From Antechinus flavipes (Eukaryota), in assembly GCF_016432865.1 (NCBI RefSeq), contig NC_067401.1, positions 377,022,001-377,086,000 on the forward strand: 64,000 nt of DNA. Direction: 5' to 3'. Under the pieces are notes generated by a model. That model was given only the letters and a program-made list of their open reading frames with translations. It had not been told where the DNA came from and did no database searches. The position numbers and the translations under genes were made by a program. Positions 1 to 12,380 of the stretch are shown piece by piece (position 1 is the stretch's first letter; each line of letters begins with the position of its first letter).

Positions 1-184
1 TCTTTACATTTTTTCCAGAAAATATCAAGTGTTTGAACAATCAGATTTATAAGCTTTTTTTTTTTTTTTTAAAGAACCCAAGAATGTAACTTATGTAATT
101 TGGAAAAATTACAATTGCATACAATTACTCTGGAAAAAATATTTAAAATGGAGTACTAGATGTTCCTTTTTTACAAGTTATTTT

Positions 185-420
185 TTACTGTGCCCTCATT
201 TGATTTTGAATCCCTCCTAAGCTTTGTTCTATCCTTTTTGGTCTGAAAATTCCTTGCCAGAGAAAACTGAAGTAAAACATCAATTGATTTTCCCTTTCTT
301 GTCCAATAATATGATTCCACCTACCTGAAGCAGCAAGTGCTTTCTTTCCTTGGTCTTCTTGTTCCAAATGTACTTTAAACATCTTTTTTTTATTGTCTTT
401 ATCATTTTCCCCCAAGGATC
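185..420 (-). pseudogene. Possible EBLN fragment (N-terminal part of bornavirus N)
   Basis: EQEDQGKKALA from 364 (HEKDIRQNAVA) and QLMFYFSFLWQGI 286-248 (SLVFLCLLIPGL), at near-expected spacing. Confidence 0.35.
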
Positions 421-569
421 AGTTTGTTTTGGGTTCTGACCTTCCTGACGCCACTTAGGAGCCTGAGGTACTCACATTCTTCCTTATGTGTCTCTCTTTC
501 CTTCTTTGAATACATCATTCTTATGCCCCAGCTCACCTGAAAAATACCCTCTGTGGTCATATTTGTATT

Positions 570-1380
570 TTTAGGTGTCTTCTCCTTTTCTTTTTTCTTG
601 GGATGATTTACAATTATATTCTCAGAATTTTACCTCTGGAAACCTTACATTCATCTTGAGTCAAATTTCTTTTTAAAATACTAAGATCAGGAGATAGTTG
701 CTTTGGTGCTAAGTGCCAATTCACATTTTAGCCTTTCCTTGCATTTAAGCCTAAAGCTAATTATTTATTTGTTCATTTTGTGAACCCCATTTGGGTTTCC
801 TTGGCAAAGACACTGGGGGGGTTTGCCATTTTCTTCCCAGGCCCAGTCTCTATCTTCTGGGCCACCTAGCTGCCCCCATCTAGATGAAATGAACAGTGAA
901 ACCTAGCAAGAGTATCCCAAGGATAAGGTTCAATCTTTTTCAACTATTTCTAGTCTCAATTCAAAGTTCATGTTCACAAACAACAATTAAATTTAGGTTT
1001 ATTTATTAGATTAGGTTAAAAATTTCTTATAATTTCTTTTAAATTCCTGATTGGGATACTTTGCCCTATGAACTCATTTTGGGGACTCTCAAAAAAATCT
1101 CACAAAACATCCCTAAAATTCTCCTTAAGTAAAATGCAAATGAAGAGAAGTCCAAAGAAAAGCTAGATGAATAATCCCAAACTAGTTGCCCTTTTCCTTC
1201 TAGGCCTAAAGTCCAACTTTAATTTTGTATATTTGTCAGTAACAAAAGCCTTGTCTTTTGTACTGGGTATCAGCCTGTCCAAATACCTTTCTGTCTCCTC
1301 ACATAAAGTTTCTACTAGACCTTTCCTCGTGGGTGTAGGTAATGTGTGATACAAGTCAATCCCAACAAACCATCCTAATT
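570..1380 (-). pseudogene. Endogenous bornavirus-like nucleoprotein element (EBLN), decayed, interrupted by SINE pieces at ~775-880
   Basis: Versus BoDV-1 N: LPTPTRKG 1342-1319 (LSTPVTRG); ATSLGLF 1189-1169 (ATLLQMF); FESPQNEFIGQ 1093-1061 (FESPGKEFMDQ), 32 codons after AT versus 33; FELRLEIVEK 965-936 (YEIRDFLEVSAK); LAPKQLSPDL 712-683 (LAPRSFPNL); KGED 588-577 (RGED). Confidence 0.7.
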
Positions 1381-1814
1381 CACAGTATTTTCACTTTTTC
1401 CCCCCTTCTCAAGGTTTTTCCCTTTTGTTCTGATATTTCTCTCCCACACTGACTCACATGGAAATATGCAAAAAAAAAATATGAATGTACATGTATAACC
1501 TAAAAATAATAATTAAATTAAATTTTTAAAAATCTCATCTTTATCTAGATAAAGCTAGTTTTTAAAGTAGTATTGAAAACAAAAAATAACTGAAAAAGTA
1601 CAGAAAACTCGATTTAAATATCCATGCTCTCAGCCTGAAAAGGAGGGGATAAAAAGAGAGAAAGTAAAACCTTTTTTTCATCTCTTTTCAGTTTTTAATG
1701 GGACTGTCATCTGTGATGATTTTGCCTTTTGTTCCATAAAGTGGAAGCTTGCCTTTGACACTATTCTGCCATGAATGCCAGTCTTCTCTTTTCAGTTCCC
1801 ATTGCTGTCTTCTT

Positions 1815-2130
1815 AGTTGTTGAGAAAAACTGGGAGGGAGGAAGAGCTATCCTTGCCCAATTATTGCTATAACAGAATAATTTAAATTGTTGTTCAGCCA
1901 CCTCTGATTCTTCCTGACCCCATTTGGGATTTTCTTGGCAGAGATACAAGAGTGACTTTGCCATTTCCTTCCCCAGCTCATTTGACAGATGAGAAAACAT
2001 AGGCAAACAGGGTTAAATGACTTGCCCAGGGACACAAATTAATAATAAAATTTCTGAAGCTGCATTTGAACTCAGGTGTTTCTGACTCTAGACCTGGTGC
2101 TCTATCAATCACATCACCTAGTTGTCCTTA
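1815..2130 (-). mobile_element. MAR1-type SINE (tRNA head, CORE, RTE-derived tail)
   Basis: tttgggattttcttggcagagatac..ttgccatttccttccccagctcatttgacagatgag..tgacttgcccaggg..tttgaactcagg. Confidence 0.8.
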
Positions 2131-2569
2131 GGTGACTTAATTATAAGCAACTAAAGTAAATCAATGCACACAATTCTATCCTACTCCTTAAATAAAGCAG
2201 GTCCTAAGATTTCTGGGTGACAAAAATTCACTCCACTGGGTTTACCCACAGTCTGTTTTTGTGTATCAACTCAGATATTTGAAAAGCTCTTAGCACAGTG
2301 ACTGACACATAGGAAGGTCCTCAATAAATGTTTATTTTTTTTCCTTTCCCTATGTAAAAATCAAAATAAGAGAAATGGATTTCTTCATAACTATTTTATA
2401 ATAAATTTTCTCTCTAATTCATATTTTTCCTATTTTGTTTAATTTTATTTTATTTTACTCAATAAAGAACCACAAGTCTATGAAGAATATGACTAACTAG
2501 CTCTGAATTTAGGTGCTTTTAGAGTGCTATGTATCTTATAGGATGTCCAGAAATTTTGGAGCAGTTTTA

Positions 2570-3185
2570 AAAAATAGTATTTTTTCTTAGTTACATGTTA
2601 AGATGATTTTTAGCATTCATTTTTACAAGATTTTGAGTTTCAGATTTTTCTCCTTCTCTTCCCCTCTTCCAAAAATGGTAAGTGATTTGATTAATTATAC
2701 ATGTTTTATCATGTACAACATTTTCATATTAATCACAATTGTAAAAGAACATATAAAAAGGAAATAAATCACAAAAAAGAATAAAGTAAATAAAAAATAT
2801 GCTTCTGCCTGCATTGAGTCCATCAACTCTTTAACTGGATGTGGATAGTATTTTTCTTTGGGAATCCTTTGTACTTGTTTTAGATCATTGTCTTGCTAAA
2901 TTAGTTGATCTTCACACAATGTTGATGATACCATGTAAAATGTTTTCCTAGTTCTCATTTCATTTTGCATCAGTTTTTACAAGTTTTCTAGGTTTTTCTG
3001 AAAATTGCCTGCTCTTCATTTCTTATTACTCAATAGTATTCCATTATATTCATATATCACAGTTTGTTGTCATTCCCCAATTAATGGGGAACCCCTCAAT
3101 TTCTAAAATTTTGTCATCACAAAGAGGACTGATATATATAATATATATATGATATATATATATTGCATATGTAGGTCTTTTTCTT
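2570..3185 (-). mobile_element. L1 3' region fragment
   Basis: Typical marsupial L1 3' motifs (tccattatattcatatatcacagtttg, cattccccaattaatgggaacccctc). Confidence 0.75.
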
Positions 3186-3399
3186 TTAGGGCAATTATAA
3201 ACTTTTATAGTTTAGTCTTAGTGGTGTTTTAAGCTTTTACACTTAAAGCGTAAAGTATACTAAGACTTTTGAAATACCTTGCACTTTTTAAGTGATGGGG
3301 GAAATTTGTATAGTTTTTATTATCCCCTATGATTGAAAGAAATAACAATATTTAATAAACTATAAATGATAAGTAGACTTAGAGTTCTCAGAGCCCAGT

Positions 3400-4500
3400 G
3401 GCAATCAAGAAGCTTTCTGTGAGCCTAGAATTTTGGAATGAAAGGATAACTTAGTGAATTGCAAATTGCTGTGGAGGTATTCAAGGCAAGAAATGCCATT
3501 TGCTTTGAGTATATACAGATTCAAGCATTGTGGCATGGGGTTTTAATCCTAGAAAGCATCATGAGTCCATTAAGGGATGAAAGCTTGTAAAAGGAACTTC
3601 CTCACCTAAGTTCTACCAAGATCCCTTGTGGTATTGTGAAGTGAAGTCTTGGAAAAGATACCCAAATCAGTGATCCATGGAGATAAGAACAGGTATACTA
3701 TGATCATGAATGTAAAGGTAGAAGAAATCTAATAGGAATTAGCAGGAATTTTAGATCATAATTCAAAAAAAGTGTTCAAACTAGGGAACCAAGAAGCATC
3801 AAGAGAAAGGAATTAAAAAGCAATGCACAGGTCAGAATGGCAGTATGGTGAAGTTTATTGACTCATTCTTGGAATAATAGTATGAAATGCATAAAATACA
3901 TAGGATTATAATGGAGTCAGTTATATTGAAACATATATTTAAAAACAAAACAAAACAGAATCAAGTTCAGGTTGAAAATATTTATAGAAATTACCAAGTG
4001 CTACAACCAAAATCATTGTATGCCCTAGAAAGAATAATTTAGAAAGTTTAATTTCATATTTGAGGATTGGATAGCTCTGCATTATATATTCATAATTATG
4101 TTACTTAAATGTATTATTTTTAAATGTGTACAGAACCTTTTTATATTTGTATGTATTCTTTCTCCTTGTGAATACATTCCCCCTAGAAATTTTCTCAGGT
4201 CTGGAGTTTATGGTAGACATAAAGAAGGTTATTAGAGTTAGAATTCTATCTCAGTTCTTGGGGACAGAAGAACTGTCCCCAACTGAGAAAACAACAACAA
4301 GACAGATCCTAACATCAATTCTCGCAGTTTTCCCTAAGAATTAAACTCTATTCCTAGAAATTCCTGGATTCACACCTAGGAGTGCCTCCCTAATATTAAC
4401 ACATATTTTGAAAGAAATTCAAAAGGAAATTGAATATGGCCTACTGCTGGACCTAGGGAATAAGCAGTATCAGGAACCGGGAATGTTAAGGGGTTTGGTA
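3400..4500 (+). pseudogene. EBLN, near full-length, decayed
   Basis: KDNLVNCKLLWRYSRQEM 3442-3495 (KDIRQNAVALLDQSRRDM, ungapped); LIGI 3729-3740 (LIGV); GSMVKFIDSF from 3839 (GETATLLQMF); SGLEFMVDIKKV 4195-4230 (PGKEFMDQIKLV); FLEI 4351-4362 (FLEV); AYCW 4439-4450 (AFYW). Confidence 0.75.
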
Positions 4501-4777
4501 TGGTATCTCAAATTGCTATTCAATGAACAGGAAAGTTTAGTAATTGGTAAATGAGGAAGTTTTGGGGTTAAGAACAACATTCCTAGGACTGGCTCTGAGA
4601 AGGAGCTGAAATCCCTTGGAAAGCACAAGGTCCAGGGCTGAATGTAAAACGGGCTTAATAAACATTTACTGACTGACTGATGAAACACCTGGATCAGAGA
4701 GGGCAGCAGGAAGCCCAGAGGTGCCTTTCCTTGATCCCTGACTGACCTTGCTTGTATTCTTGATTTCTAGTATCTGA

Positions 4778-5398
4778 TGTTGATGAGGTTCTGGATCATT
4801 AGGAAGGGTTGGCAGAGAAAGCCCAAAGTATACCTTAGATTATTCCCCTAGACACGCAGGGAAGGGCACTGATGGGGACCAGCTCAGCCTTATAGTCCTA
4901 TCCCTGTGGAGGCCTTATTGTACCAAATCAGAAAGCCAAGTTATGAGGTCAAACTCCTGAGGTTAAATTTCTCCTCTACATCTGTCCATGGCCAGGCCAC
5001 CTTTGCCGAATCCCTTTTTGGCTAGCTCACCATGGCGTTCTGCCTTGTGCTGTCTTTCTTCTCACCCCACTCCCATTCCTCATGCTGCCTTTCTCCTTCT
5101 TTTAGCTAACTAATTGTTTTAGGGTGCTAAACTCCTCGATGAATTTAACCTGCCAGTTAAGGGGATACATCTCATCCTTTTTTCTGGGGTTATTGTGAAT
5201 TTTGCTAGAGAATTTATCTTTTCTCTCTTGTTAAAACCCTTTTCCTTGCTAACTATACGCTCTCCCAAATCTATTTTATATTTACCATTCCTGGTGCCCA
5301 TTTTATCTTTTCATTTGTCTGTAACCTTTTCTAAATGAATCTACCTTTTGGCAAAGAGAAAGACTATTGTGAATTTATCATATGACTGAACCCCATCA
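4778..5398 (+). mobile_element. Solo LTR of the same family as 22836-23307 and 25009-25513
   Basis: Shares gatgaggt, cactgatggggacca and ttttggcaaagagaaagactattgtgaatt motifs; TG...CA ends. Confidence 0.75.
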
Positions 5399-5959
5399 TT
5401 TCCTACTCTTCCCCTCTCTAACCTCACAACCTCCTCCATGTTTCCTCAGTTAACAAAGTCATCACATATCTAATCTAATTTTAAAGTAATAACAGCAACT
5501 CAGACAGAATTCTAATATTTATAAAGCACTTTCTTCACAACAATCCTGCAAAGTAGGCAGTATAAGTAAGATTATCCCATTTTATAGATAAGAAAATTGA
5601 AGTTGAGAAGCTAGTAAATATTAAATATTTACTAAAAATAAAATATTAAAGGAAAGACTTGAATCCAAATCTTTCTAGCATTTTGCTATGCTATATTTCT
5701 GTGTGACTCTAGGCAAATCACGTAACTTTTTCCTGTCTCAGTTTCCTCATTCCTCAAAACAGGGATAAGAGGAGCTCTTATCTCTTAGGAGTGTCTAGAG
5801 GATCAAATGAGTTTCTATTTGTAAAGTGCTTTGCAAATCTTAAGACTCTATAAAAATGCTGGCTATTATTATTAAGGCTCAATGAAGTTATTAGCCACTC
5901 ATTGATTTCAATGTGGTTATGGGTATAAAAATCTTAATTAAATCATAAACTATTAACTA

Positions 5960-6600
5960 CTAACATAGACCCTAGAACTGCAAACTATTAATTCAGGACA
6001 CAATTTCACTCATTATCTCTTGATTGCCATGTGTGTTAGTATTAGGGAGGCACTCCCAGGTGTGAATCCAGGAATTTCTAGGAATAGACTTTAATTCTTG
6101 GGGAAAACTTCTAGAATTGCCATTAGGATCTGTGCTTGTTATTGTTTTTTCAGTTGTCATCTCTGCTCCTGATATAATCTGCATGAAGTATAATGAAGAA
6201 AAGTTTCTGTTACCGTTGTAAGGAATCTAATACACTAAATTTTTAGGCACAATGAACCAAGTACACCTTGCTTTTATTCAATTGAGTCACATTCATAAAT
6301 GAAATACTTATTTAAGAAGTAGAATGTCAAAACTAAAACAAATATAGTCCTTAAATTCCTTCCCTGACACTGTTTAGTTCCAACATAGATTTTAAGGAGG
6401 CATTCAAAGCTATGTCTGTTACTAAGCTTTAAATACGTCCTAGTGATAACATGTACTTTGAGAGCTGGCTTTCTATTATTAATAGGATGAGATGCAAGGC
6501 TTCTAATTAAGCATGAAACAAACCACTGTAAACTTTGCACATTGCACATAATCCTATTAGAGGGTTACTGCAATTCTAAATTGTTTCTCTAATACCCCAA
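5960..6600 (-). pseudogene. EBLN, decayed
   Basis: GVLEKQFRIAVTL 6598-6560 (GIGHEKDIRQNAVAL); FVSCLIRSL 6522-6496 (FLCLLIPGL); CLLKIYVG from 6402 (SLLIGVVIG); AEMTTEKTI 6166-6140 (AQMTTYTTI); FLEI ~6085; AIKR**VKLCP 6027-5995 (AIRHPDAIKLAP). Confidence 0.72.
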
Positions 6601-6609
6601 TGATTTATT

Positions 6610-6960
6610 ATAAGATCTCAGTGGATGCATCTTATTGCTTCATACTGGAGCTTCAAGTCTGGCTTATCTTAATGTGGATGATGACCCCTTTGGGTTTTGC
6701 AAAGCAATATCTAAAAATCATTAATCCTAAATGTCTCATCATACTATGTATGTAATACCAGCAGGCTCATCTGTACTGTCTCCTTCAGATTAGAGCTGTA
6801 TTACCCAATTATCTATCTATTCTTGTAAGAATTTATATATGAATTTGGGGCACTCAAAGTTGCATCTAGAGCAACATGGTAGACATTTTGTAGAAGGGGA
6901 AAACATCCAATATTAACCCCAATATTATTATAGTCGTGAGTCATTTGTTTTCTTGCTTTA
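6610..6960 (-). pseudogene. EBLN fragment (C-terminal half), tandem with the 5960-6600 copy
   Basis: QMTHDYNNI from 6947 (QMTTYTTI), LDATLSAP 6869-6846 (MDATLTIP) and SNLKE ~6794-6780 (AKLKE), all in one frame. Confidence 0.55.
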
Positions 6961-7859
6961 CAATATGCTTTATTTTCCTTTTCCCTTTGCTTCTGCATTC
7001 TCTGCTCCTAATTAGTTTTACACTTGCCTCTGACACCAACTGGTTGTGTTACTTAGGATAAGTTTTAATCTGTCATCTTAAAGAGTTTTATCTGTACAAT
7101 GAGAACGGTGGATGAGATGATTGCAAAGGTCCCTTCTGGTTATAACACTTTTTCCACTTGTGACTCCTTTTCACCTACAAAATTTTTATGTGACCTGGGG
7201 TATATAGGTATATAAAATAGGTGTACAAATCAAACATTTACTGATAATAAATTATTAGAAAATTTATTTTAAAACAATTCTTTGGTATATATATGTATAT
7301 ATGTAAATATATATTGTTATCATTAAAGACATAAGCAAATTTACATACTAATGAGATGGATGTGCTTATTTATACATAAAGAATTGAATTCTGTCAGAAT
7401 ATTTGATACCTTTTACTACTGTCAAATTTTTTGGGGGCCCCACATTCAGGTTGCAATCCATAGTTTAAGAAACTTTGTTCTAGAGTATGGGTTGTGTCCT
7501 TGAGACCTGGAGAAATACATAATGTCCCATTATTTATATAACTTAGTTTTATGCAGATCCCCAAAGGAAAATGAACTCTCAATGCCTTTCCTTCCCTATG
7601 CGATCGCCACTATCTCCTTCCAATAATTCATCCTTAAGGAACACAGTGTATAGGGTGCCAGAGTCAAGAGTCAGAGAGACCCAAGTTTAAATTCTGTCTC
7701 AGATATTTCGCTAGCTGTGTGCCTCGAGTTATTTAATCCCTCTCAGCCTGTTTCCTCTTCTGTAAACTGAGGATAATAATAACTTTGCAGATGTAAAATG
7801 CTTTGCAGACCTTAAAAGGCCATATAAATGCTAGCTATTAAAAGTAATATAAATACTTA

Positions 7860-8330
7860 TTCAGGACTCCCATGAATATGTGATTTTATTGTTATAAATA
7901 GTCCCTTCTCTAGGTGCAGATCACATCCCCTACTTGTATTTTTGTTTTGCGTGATTCTCATACATATTTTATACAGATGTTGCACTGAGGATCTAGAGAT
8001 CCTGTATATTGGAAATTTTCCTTTAGTTGTCCTTAAATTTCATGGGTAACAGTGTATCACTTGGGCTGTCTCTTTGTATTCCTTGCTTTTACTACGTGAC
8101 CAACCTACCTGCTTTATAGATATATATTTCCTGTTATACTCTTTATGCTGCTTACATAAATCATCATTGAAAATATATTGCAATGTGCTCTAGAAACTCT
8201 GCATATTTTCATTGACTTTAGGGTTATTCATACTTTATATTCTTTAGAGATTCTGGTATTCCAAGACTGACAAACATATACCATCATCAGAAGAACATTT
8301 GTATTTAAATGGAAAAAATGATTTATGCAA
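7860..8330 (-). pseudogene. EBLN, decayed
   Basis: MFVSLGIPESL 8277-8245 (VFLCLLIPGL). ETAQVIHCYP from 8072 (ETATLLQMFNP) and TIK at 7892-7884 are in one frame exactly 60 codons apart, as in BoDV-1 N. Confidence 0.6.
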
Positions 8331-9029
8331 GGGATAATATAACTCATAGGTTTAGAATTAGGAGAGACCTTAGCTTTGAAGTCCAGTCCTCTTGTTTTAC
8401 AGATGAAGAAATTAAGGCACAGAGAGGCTCAGCAGCCAGTGATTTGGATGACATTTTCAAAAATGCATTCATAACCATATTGAAATCAACAGTGGCTAAT
8501 AGGGTTTCATGGAACTTTATTGAAATAGGACAGTACAGCAGATAGAGCACCAGGTTTGAAGTGAGAAAGATTAGGTTCAAATCTTAACCCCAATAATTAT
8601 GACTTAATGAGTTATCTGTTTTATAACTATAAAATGGAGCAATCATACATAGCTATCCCACAGTATTTATATCAATATTTATATTTTATTTTATATTTGT
8701 AAACCTTAAAGCACTATGTGAATATGAATTATTATTCGTACTTTGTTTTAAAATAATAGATAACTAGGTTAGTGTTGCTTCTTTGCCAATGGAGGAAATC
8801 TCAAGGAAGTTGAAGGAGTTGGGGAGGAAGAAATATTACTTAGAAAATGCACTTGCCCAGGATCACATAGATAGTGTGTGAGGTGATATTTGAACCCAAG
8901 TCTTCTTGAAATCAAGCCCAGTGTCTATGCCTTCCCAGTTTGAAATAGATGAAAGCACTGTATGGTATTTTGGATATGGTCTAGCCTTTTTTCTTCCTTT
9001 TCTTCAACTCAACCCAACTCACTATTGAA

Positions 9030-9510
9030 CTTCAGGAACGCTCCTAAATCTCCTAAACCAGTGGATTGGCCATCCAATTGTATATTACAAGTCTATTCAA
9101 GAGACATTTTTCATTCATTTAGTTTTTCCATTTGAGAGAAAGGATTATTTCTTTCATGTTTTAATAACCAATTATTGAATTAGGACCAAAGGATTTTTCT
9201 ACTTCCTCACAAAGAAATCAACCCTTGTGGGAAATCTTGAGCAAGACTTATCCAGCCAGGAAAACTAAGATCTAATGAAAGAGAATAAAGAAATGCTAAG
9301 TTTAGGTGAATTAGTGGATTCCTGCTCATTGTGTTTATTCAGATAATCTGAGAAAATGTGGATTTTTCCCTTTTGTCAGATGGGTCATCTGGATACTGGT
9401 AAGTCTCTTTGACCAAGACTGGGTGCTCATTTTTAGGTACTCTAAGACCCTCATTGTGATCAACATTTGCAAAAATGACCACAAGGAAAATAATTGCATG
9501 TAAATTATAT
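9030..9510 (-). pseudogene. EBLN, decayed
   Basis: IIFLVVIF..VPK 9494-9432 (LVFLCLLI..VPR); PVLVKE 9422 (PVTRGE); EKST 9368 (EKTT); EEVEKSF 9208-9188 (EQIKKRF); NWMANPLV 9079-9056 (DWINGQPWV). Confidence 0.6.
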
Positions 9511-9582
9511 TTTAAAAATTTGATAAAATACTCCAATCAAATTAACTTACATGGCTTTAAATCAGAAGTATATATATTTACT

Positions 9583-9830
9583 AGGTAGCTAAGTGGCATA
9601 GTACATAGATTATGGAGTCAGGAAGACAAGTTGTCCTGAGTTCAAATCTAGCCTGAGACCCTTCTTAGGCATATGACCCTGGGCAAGTCACTTTACCCTG
9701 TTTGCCTCAGTTTCTTCATCTGTAAAATGAGCTGGAGAAGGAAATAGCAAACCACTGAAGTATCTTTGCCAACAAAACTCCAAATAGGGTCATGAAGAGT
9801 CAGACATGACTGAAAAATGATTGAAGAACA
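9583..9830 (+). mobile_element. MAR1-type SINE
   Basis: ggtagctaagtggc..gagttcaaatctagcc..tgtaaaatgagctggagaaggaaatagcaaacc..gaagagtcagacatgactgaa. Confidence 0.85.
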
Positions 9831-10209
9831 AAATATGCTTACTGGTTTTAGATATTTAGTGACTTTAAAAGAGAAGTGGGATCATCAAGAATTATATTGG
9901 AAAATATGATTGAAGAATAAGAAAAGAACTCATAATGAAGCATATTTCTTACCTTCTGATAAAGAGGTAATGAACTTATGGTCCAAGTGAAATGAATTTT
10001 TGGATATAGATGTTGTAGGCATATGTATGGCTTAACTATGTAGATTTTTTACAAGGTGCTTTTTTTCCAAAGAGAGTAAGGAGGAGGGAGAGAAAATAGA
10101 TTTTTGTAATTAAAATAATTTAATTAAAAAATAGAAACAAAGGGATGAGAAATGAGAGAACAAGTGTTCATATACAGAAAAACCACATGTATAAATCACT
10201 ATTACTTTC

Positions 10210-10835
10210 TTTGAAAAGAGAGTCTATGGAAAGTGAGTGGATGCCCGTCAGTTGGGGAATGGCTGAATAAGTTATGGTATATGAACGTATTGGAATATTG
10301 TTATTTTATAAGAAATGCTCAGTAGGATAATTTCAGAAAGGCCTAGAGAGACTTAAATGAATTGATGCTGAGTGAAATGAGCAGAACCAGGAGATCATTG
10401 TACATGGCAACAAGATTATATGATGATCAATTCTATTGGAATTGGCTCTTTTAAACAATGAGGTGATTCAAATCAGTTCCAATAGACTTGTGATGGAGAG
10501 AGCCATCTGCATCCAGAACGAGGACTATGGGGACTAAATGTGGATTACAACATAGTATTTTCATCATTTTTGTTGTTATTGTTAGCTTGCTTTTTTTTTC
10601 TTTCTTATTTTTTTTTCTTTTTGATGTGCTTTTTCTTGTGCAGCATGATAAATATGGAAATATGTATAGAAGAATTGCATATGTTTAATCTATATTGGAT
10701 TACTTGCTATCTAGGGTAGTAGAAAGAAGTAAGGGAGGGAAAATTTGGAACATAAGGTTTTGCAAGAGTTAATGGTGAAAATTGAAAACTATCTTTGCAT
10801 ATATTTTGAAAATAAAAAGCTATTAGTAAAAAAAG
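10210..10835 (+). mobile_element. L1 3' end fragment
   Basis: gatgctgagtgaaatgagcagaaccaggagatcattgtac and downstream 3' UTR motifs, homologous to 27340-27780. Confidence 0.85.
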
Positions 10836-11279
10836 AAAAACAGAGAATCTAGTTTGGAAATATTAGACATGGCCAGCATCAAACAACTTTATAAAAATGA
10901 AACTGAATATATTTTCATAGACAAGAAATGACTGGTTACTCATATTCAATGTGGATTTGAACTCCTGATTCCAGTGCCATTGCTTTATCCATCTAGCAGG
11001 TCCTAAGGCAATTTATTTTAAAAATCTAATTGTAAGAAGTTTAGTAGAAAATTATGATCTGTTCACTTCATAAAATTTTAAGAAAATGGGAGATAAAACA
11101 AGTTTGCAGAAAGGTTGATAACGGACAAAAATAAGGCAGAATATTCTGAGGTCCTTTATGGTTGAAACTGAAAGAAAATGACTAAGCAATGGGATATTAT
11201 GCTCTGCCTGTCCTATATTATTTTATTCAGGTATAGGTGACAGTGTTTAAAAAAGTTATTGATGACATTATCCAAAGGA

Positions 11280-11430
11280 GGGCAAATGACATTGTGAAGG
11301 ACTTTGAATATATCCATACCATGTCAGTTAAAGGTCTGTCAAAAGAACTAAAGATATTTAAGCTGAAGAAAAAAGGTCTCAGTGGAGACATAATACTTGT
11401 CTTTAAATATCCAAAGGGCTGTTACAGGAC
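11280..11430 (+). mobile_element. CR1/L3 LINE 3' fragment
   Basis: ORF track 11237-11536 contains KELKIFKLKKKGLSGDIILVFKYPKGC, matching the CR1 C-terminal motif [26 protein letters not shown]. Confidence 0.75.
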
Positions 11431-11544
11431 AATAAGGATAGTAAAAAAATTTCCAAAAAAATGTCTAAAATGCACGAAAGATGTACCAACAGAGGTAATT
11501 TGGTTTGGCAGCTATCTGATTATTAATATGAAGTGAGGCATAAA

Positions 11545-11740
11545 ACACAAAAGTGCTATGCTTGTTGGTGCTATTCTCAACTGCCATGAAGGATGTCTAG
11601 CTCAAAGCTCTAACTGAAGGATTCCTTACAAATTATGAGGTCCTCCAGATGTTCCTGTTTCCATGGGGTATTGTGCTGATTGCATCAAGCTCTGAAACAC
11701 TGAAGAGCCTTGTAAACGGGATCCATAATCACTCAAGAGC
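11545..11740 (+). pseudogene. EBLN fragment (aa ~145-205)
   Basis: MLVGAIL 11558-11578 (LLIGVVI); EGFLT ~11616-11630 (KRFKT); VLQMF 11640-11654 (LLQMF). Confidence 0.45.
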
Positions 11741-11828
11741 CAACTATCCACATGGGGGGAAAAGTAGATGAAATGTTTACTTCAAGATTATGGTATGTAG
11801 TTTTATAGACAACCCAGAGAAGTTTTAT

Positions 11829-11830
<2 letters not shown>

Positions 11831-11863
<33 letters not shown>
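11831..11863. repeat. (AC)n microsatellite
   Basis: Directly visible. Confidence 0.98.
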
Positions 11864-11865
<2 letters not shown>

Positions 11866-12189
11866 AGTATATCAACACTGTAAGTCAACAACAGGTTGGT
11901 CTACATTTGAGGAAGTAAAAAAGGAACTAGATTAGCTTGGAGAAATGACAAAATATTTTTAATAACTCAAAACTTTTTCCTGAAACGAAGCTTCATATTT
12001 TCCAAACCCAATATTCTTTTGATGATACTATATGACCATACATTATCAATACTCCAGCCGCCAAATAATTATCCAATTAATTGTGACTTATTCAAAGGGC
12101 AGTGGAGAAGTTCATGGTAGATGTGTATGATCTGCAATATGTTATCAGTATAGAATTATATAAGATTGATAAATATTGGATGACCTGAA

Positions 12190-12380
12190 GAGGATGTTGG
12201 CCAGTCAGGAGAAAAGAACAGGAGAAACCAAGGACAGTGTTTGATCCATTGGAATTTGCTGGTGTCAGGAAATATATAGAGGGGATGCAGTATGTTGGTT
12301 GGACTCCAAAATGGAGCATTTGGGGGAAGACATAGACAAGAGCTGTGTAGGATGAGAAAGCGTGAACTAGAGGAGGTCTT
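12190..12380 (+). mobile_element. RTE-type LINE 3' fragment
   Basis: RGRP..WVDPLW-like and gacaagagctgtgtaggatgagaaag motifs typical of marsupial RTE 3' ends. Confidence 0.55.

Noticed and set aside
900-1380. Mononegavirales L-like motifs (KDKA; EHEL*IETR resembling EKELKVKGR)
   Set aside because: Spacing is inconsistent with L, and the same DNA gives a stronger in-register match to bornavirus N (AT.L.LF..FESP..EF..Q).
9030-9510. Bornavirus L-like FPGWISLAQD, and filovirus NP C-terminal-like YQYPD and LDGQ
   Set aside because: Spacing is off, and more collinear anchors support bornavirus N.
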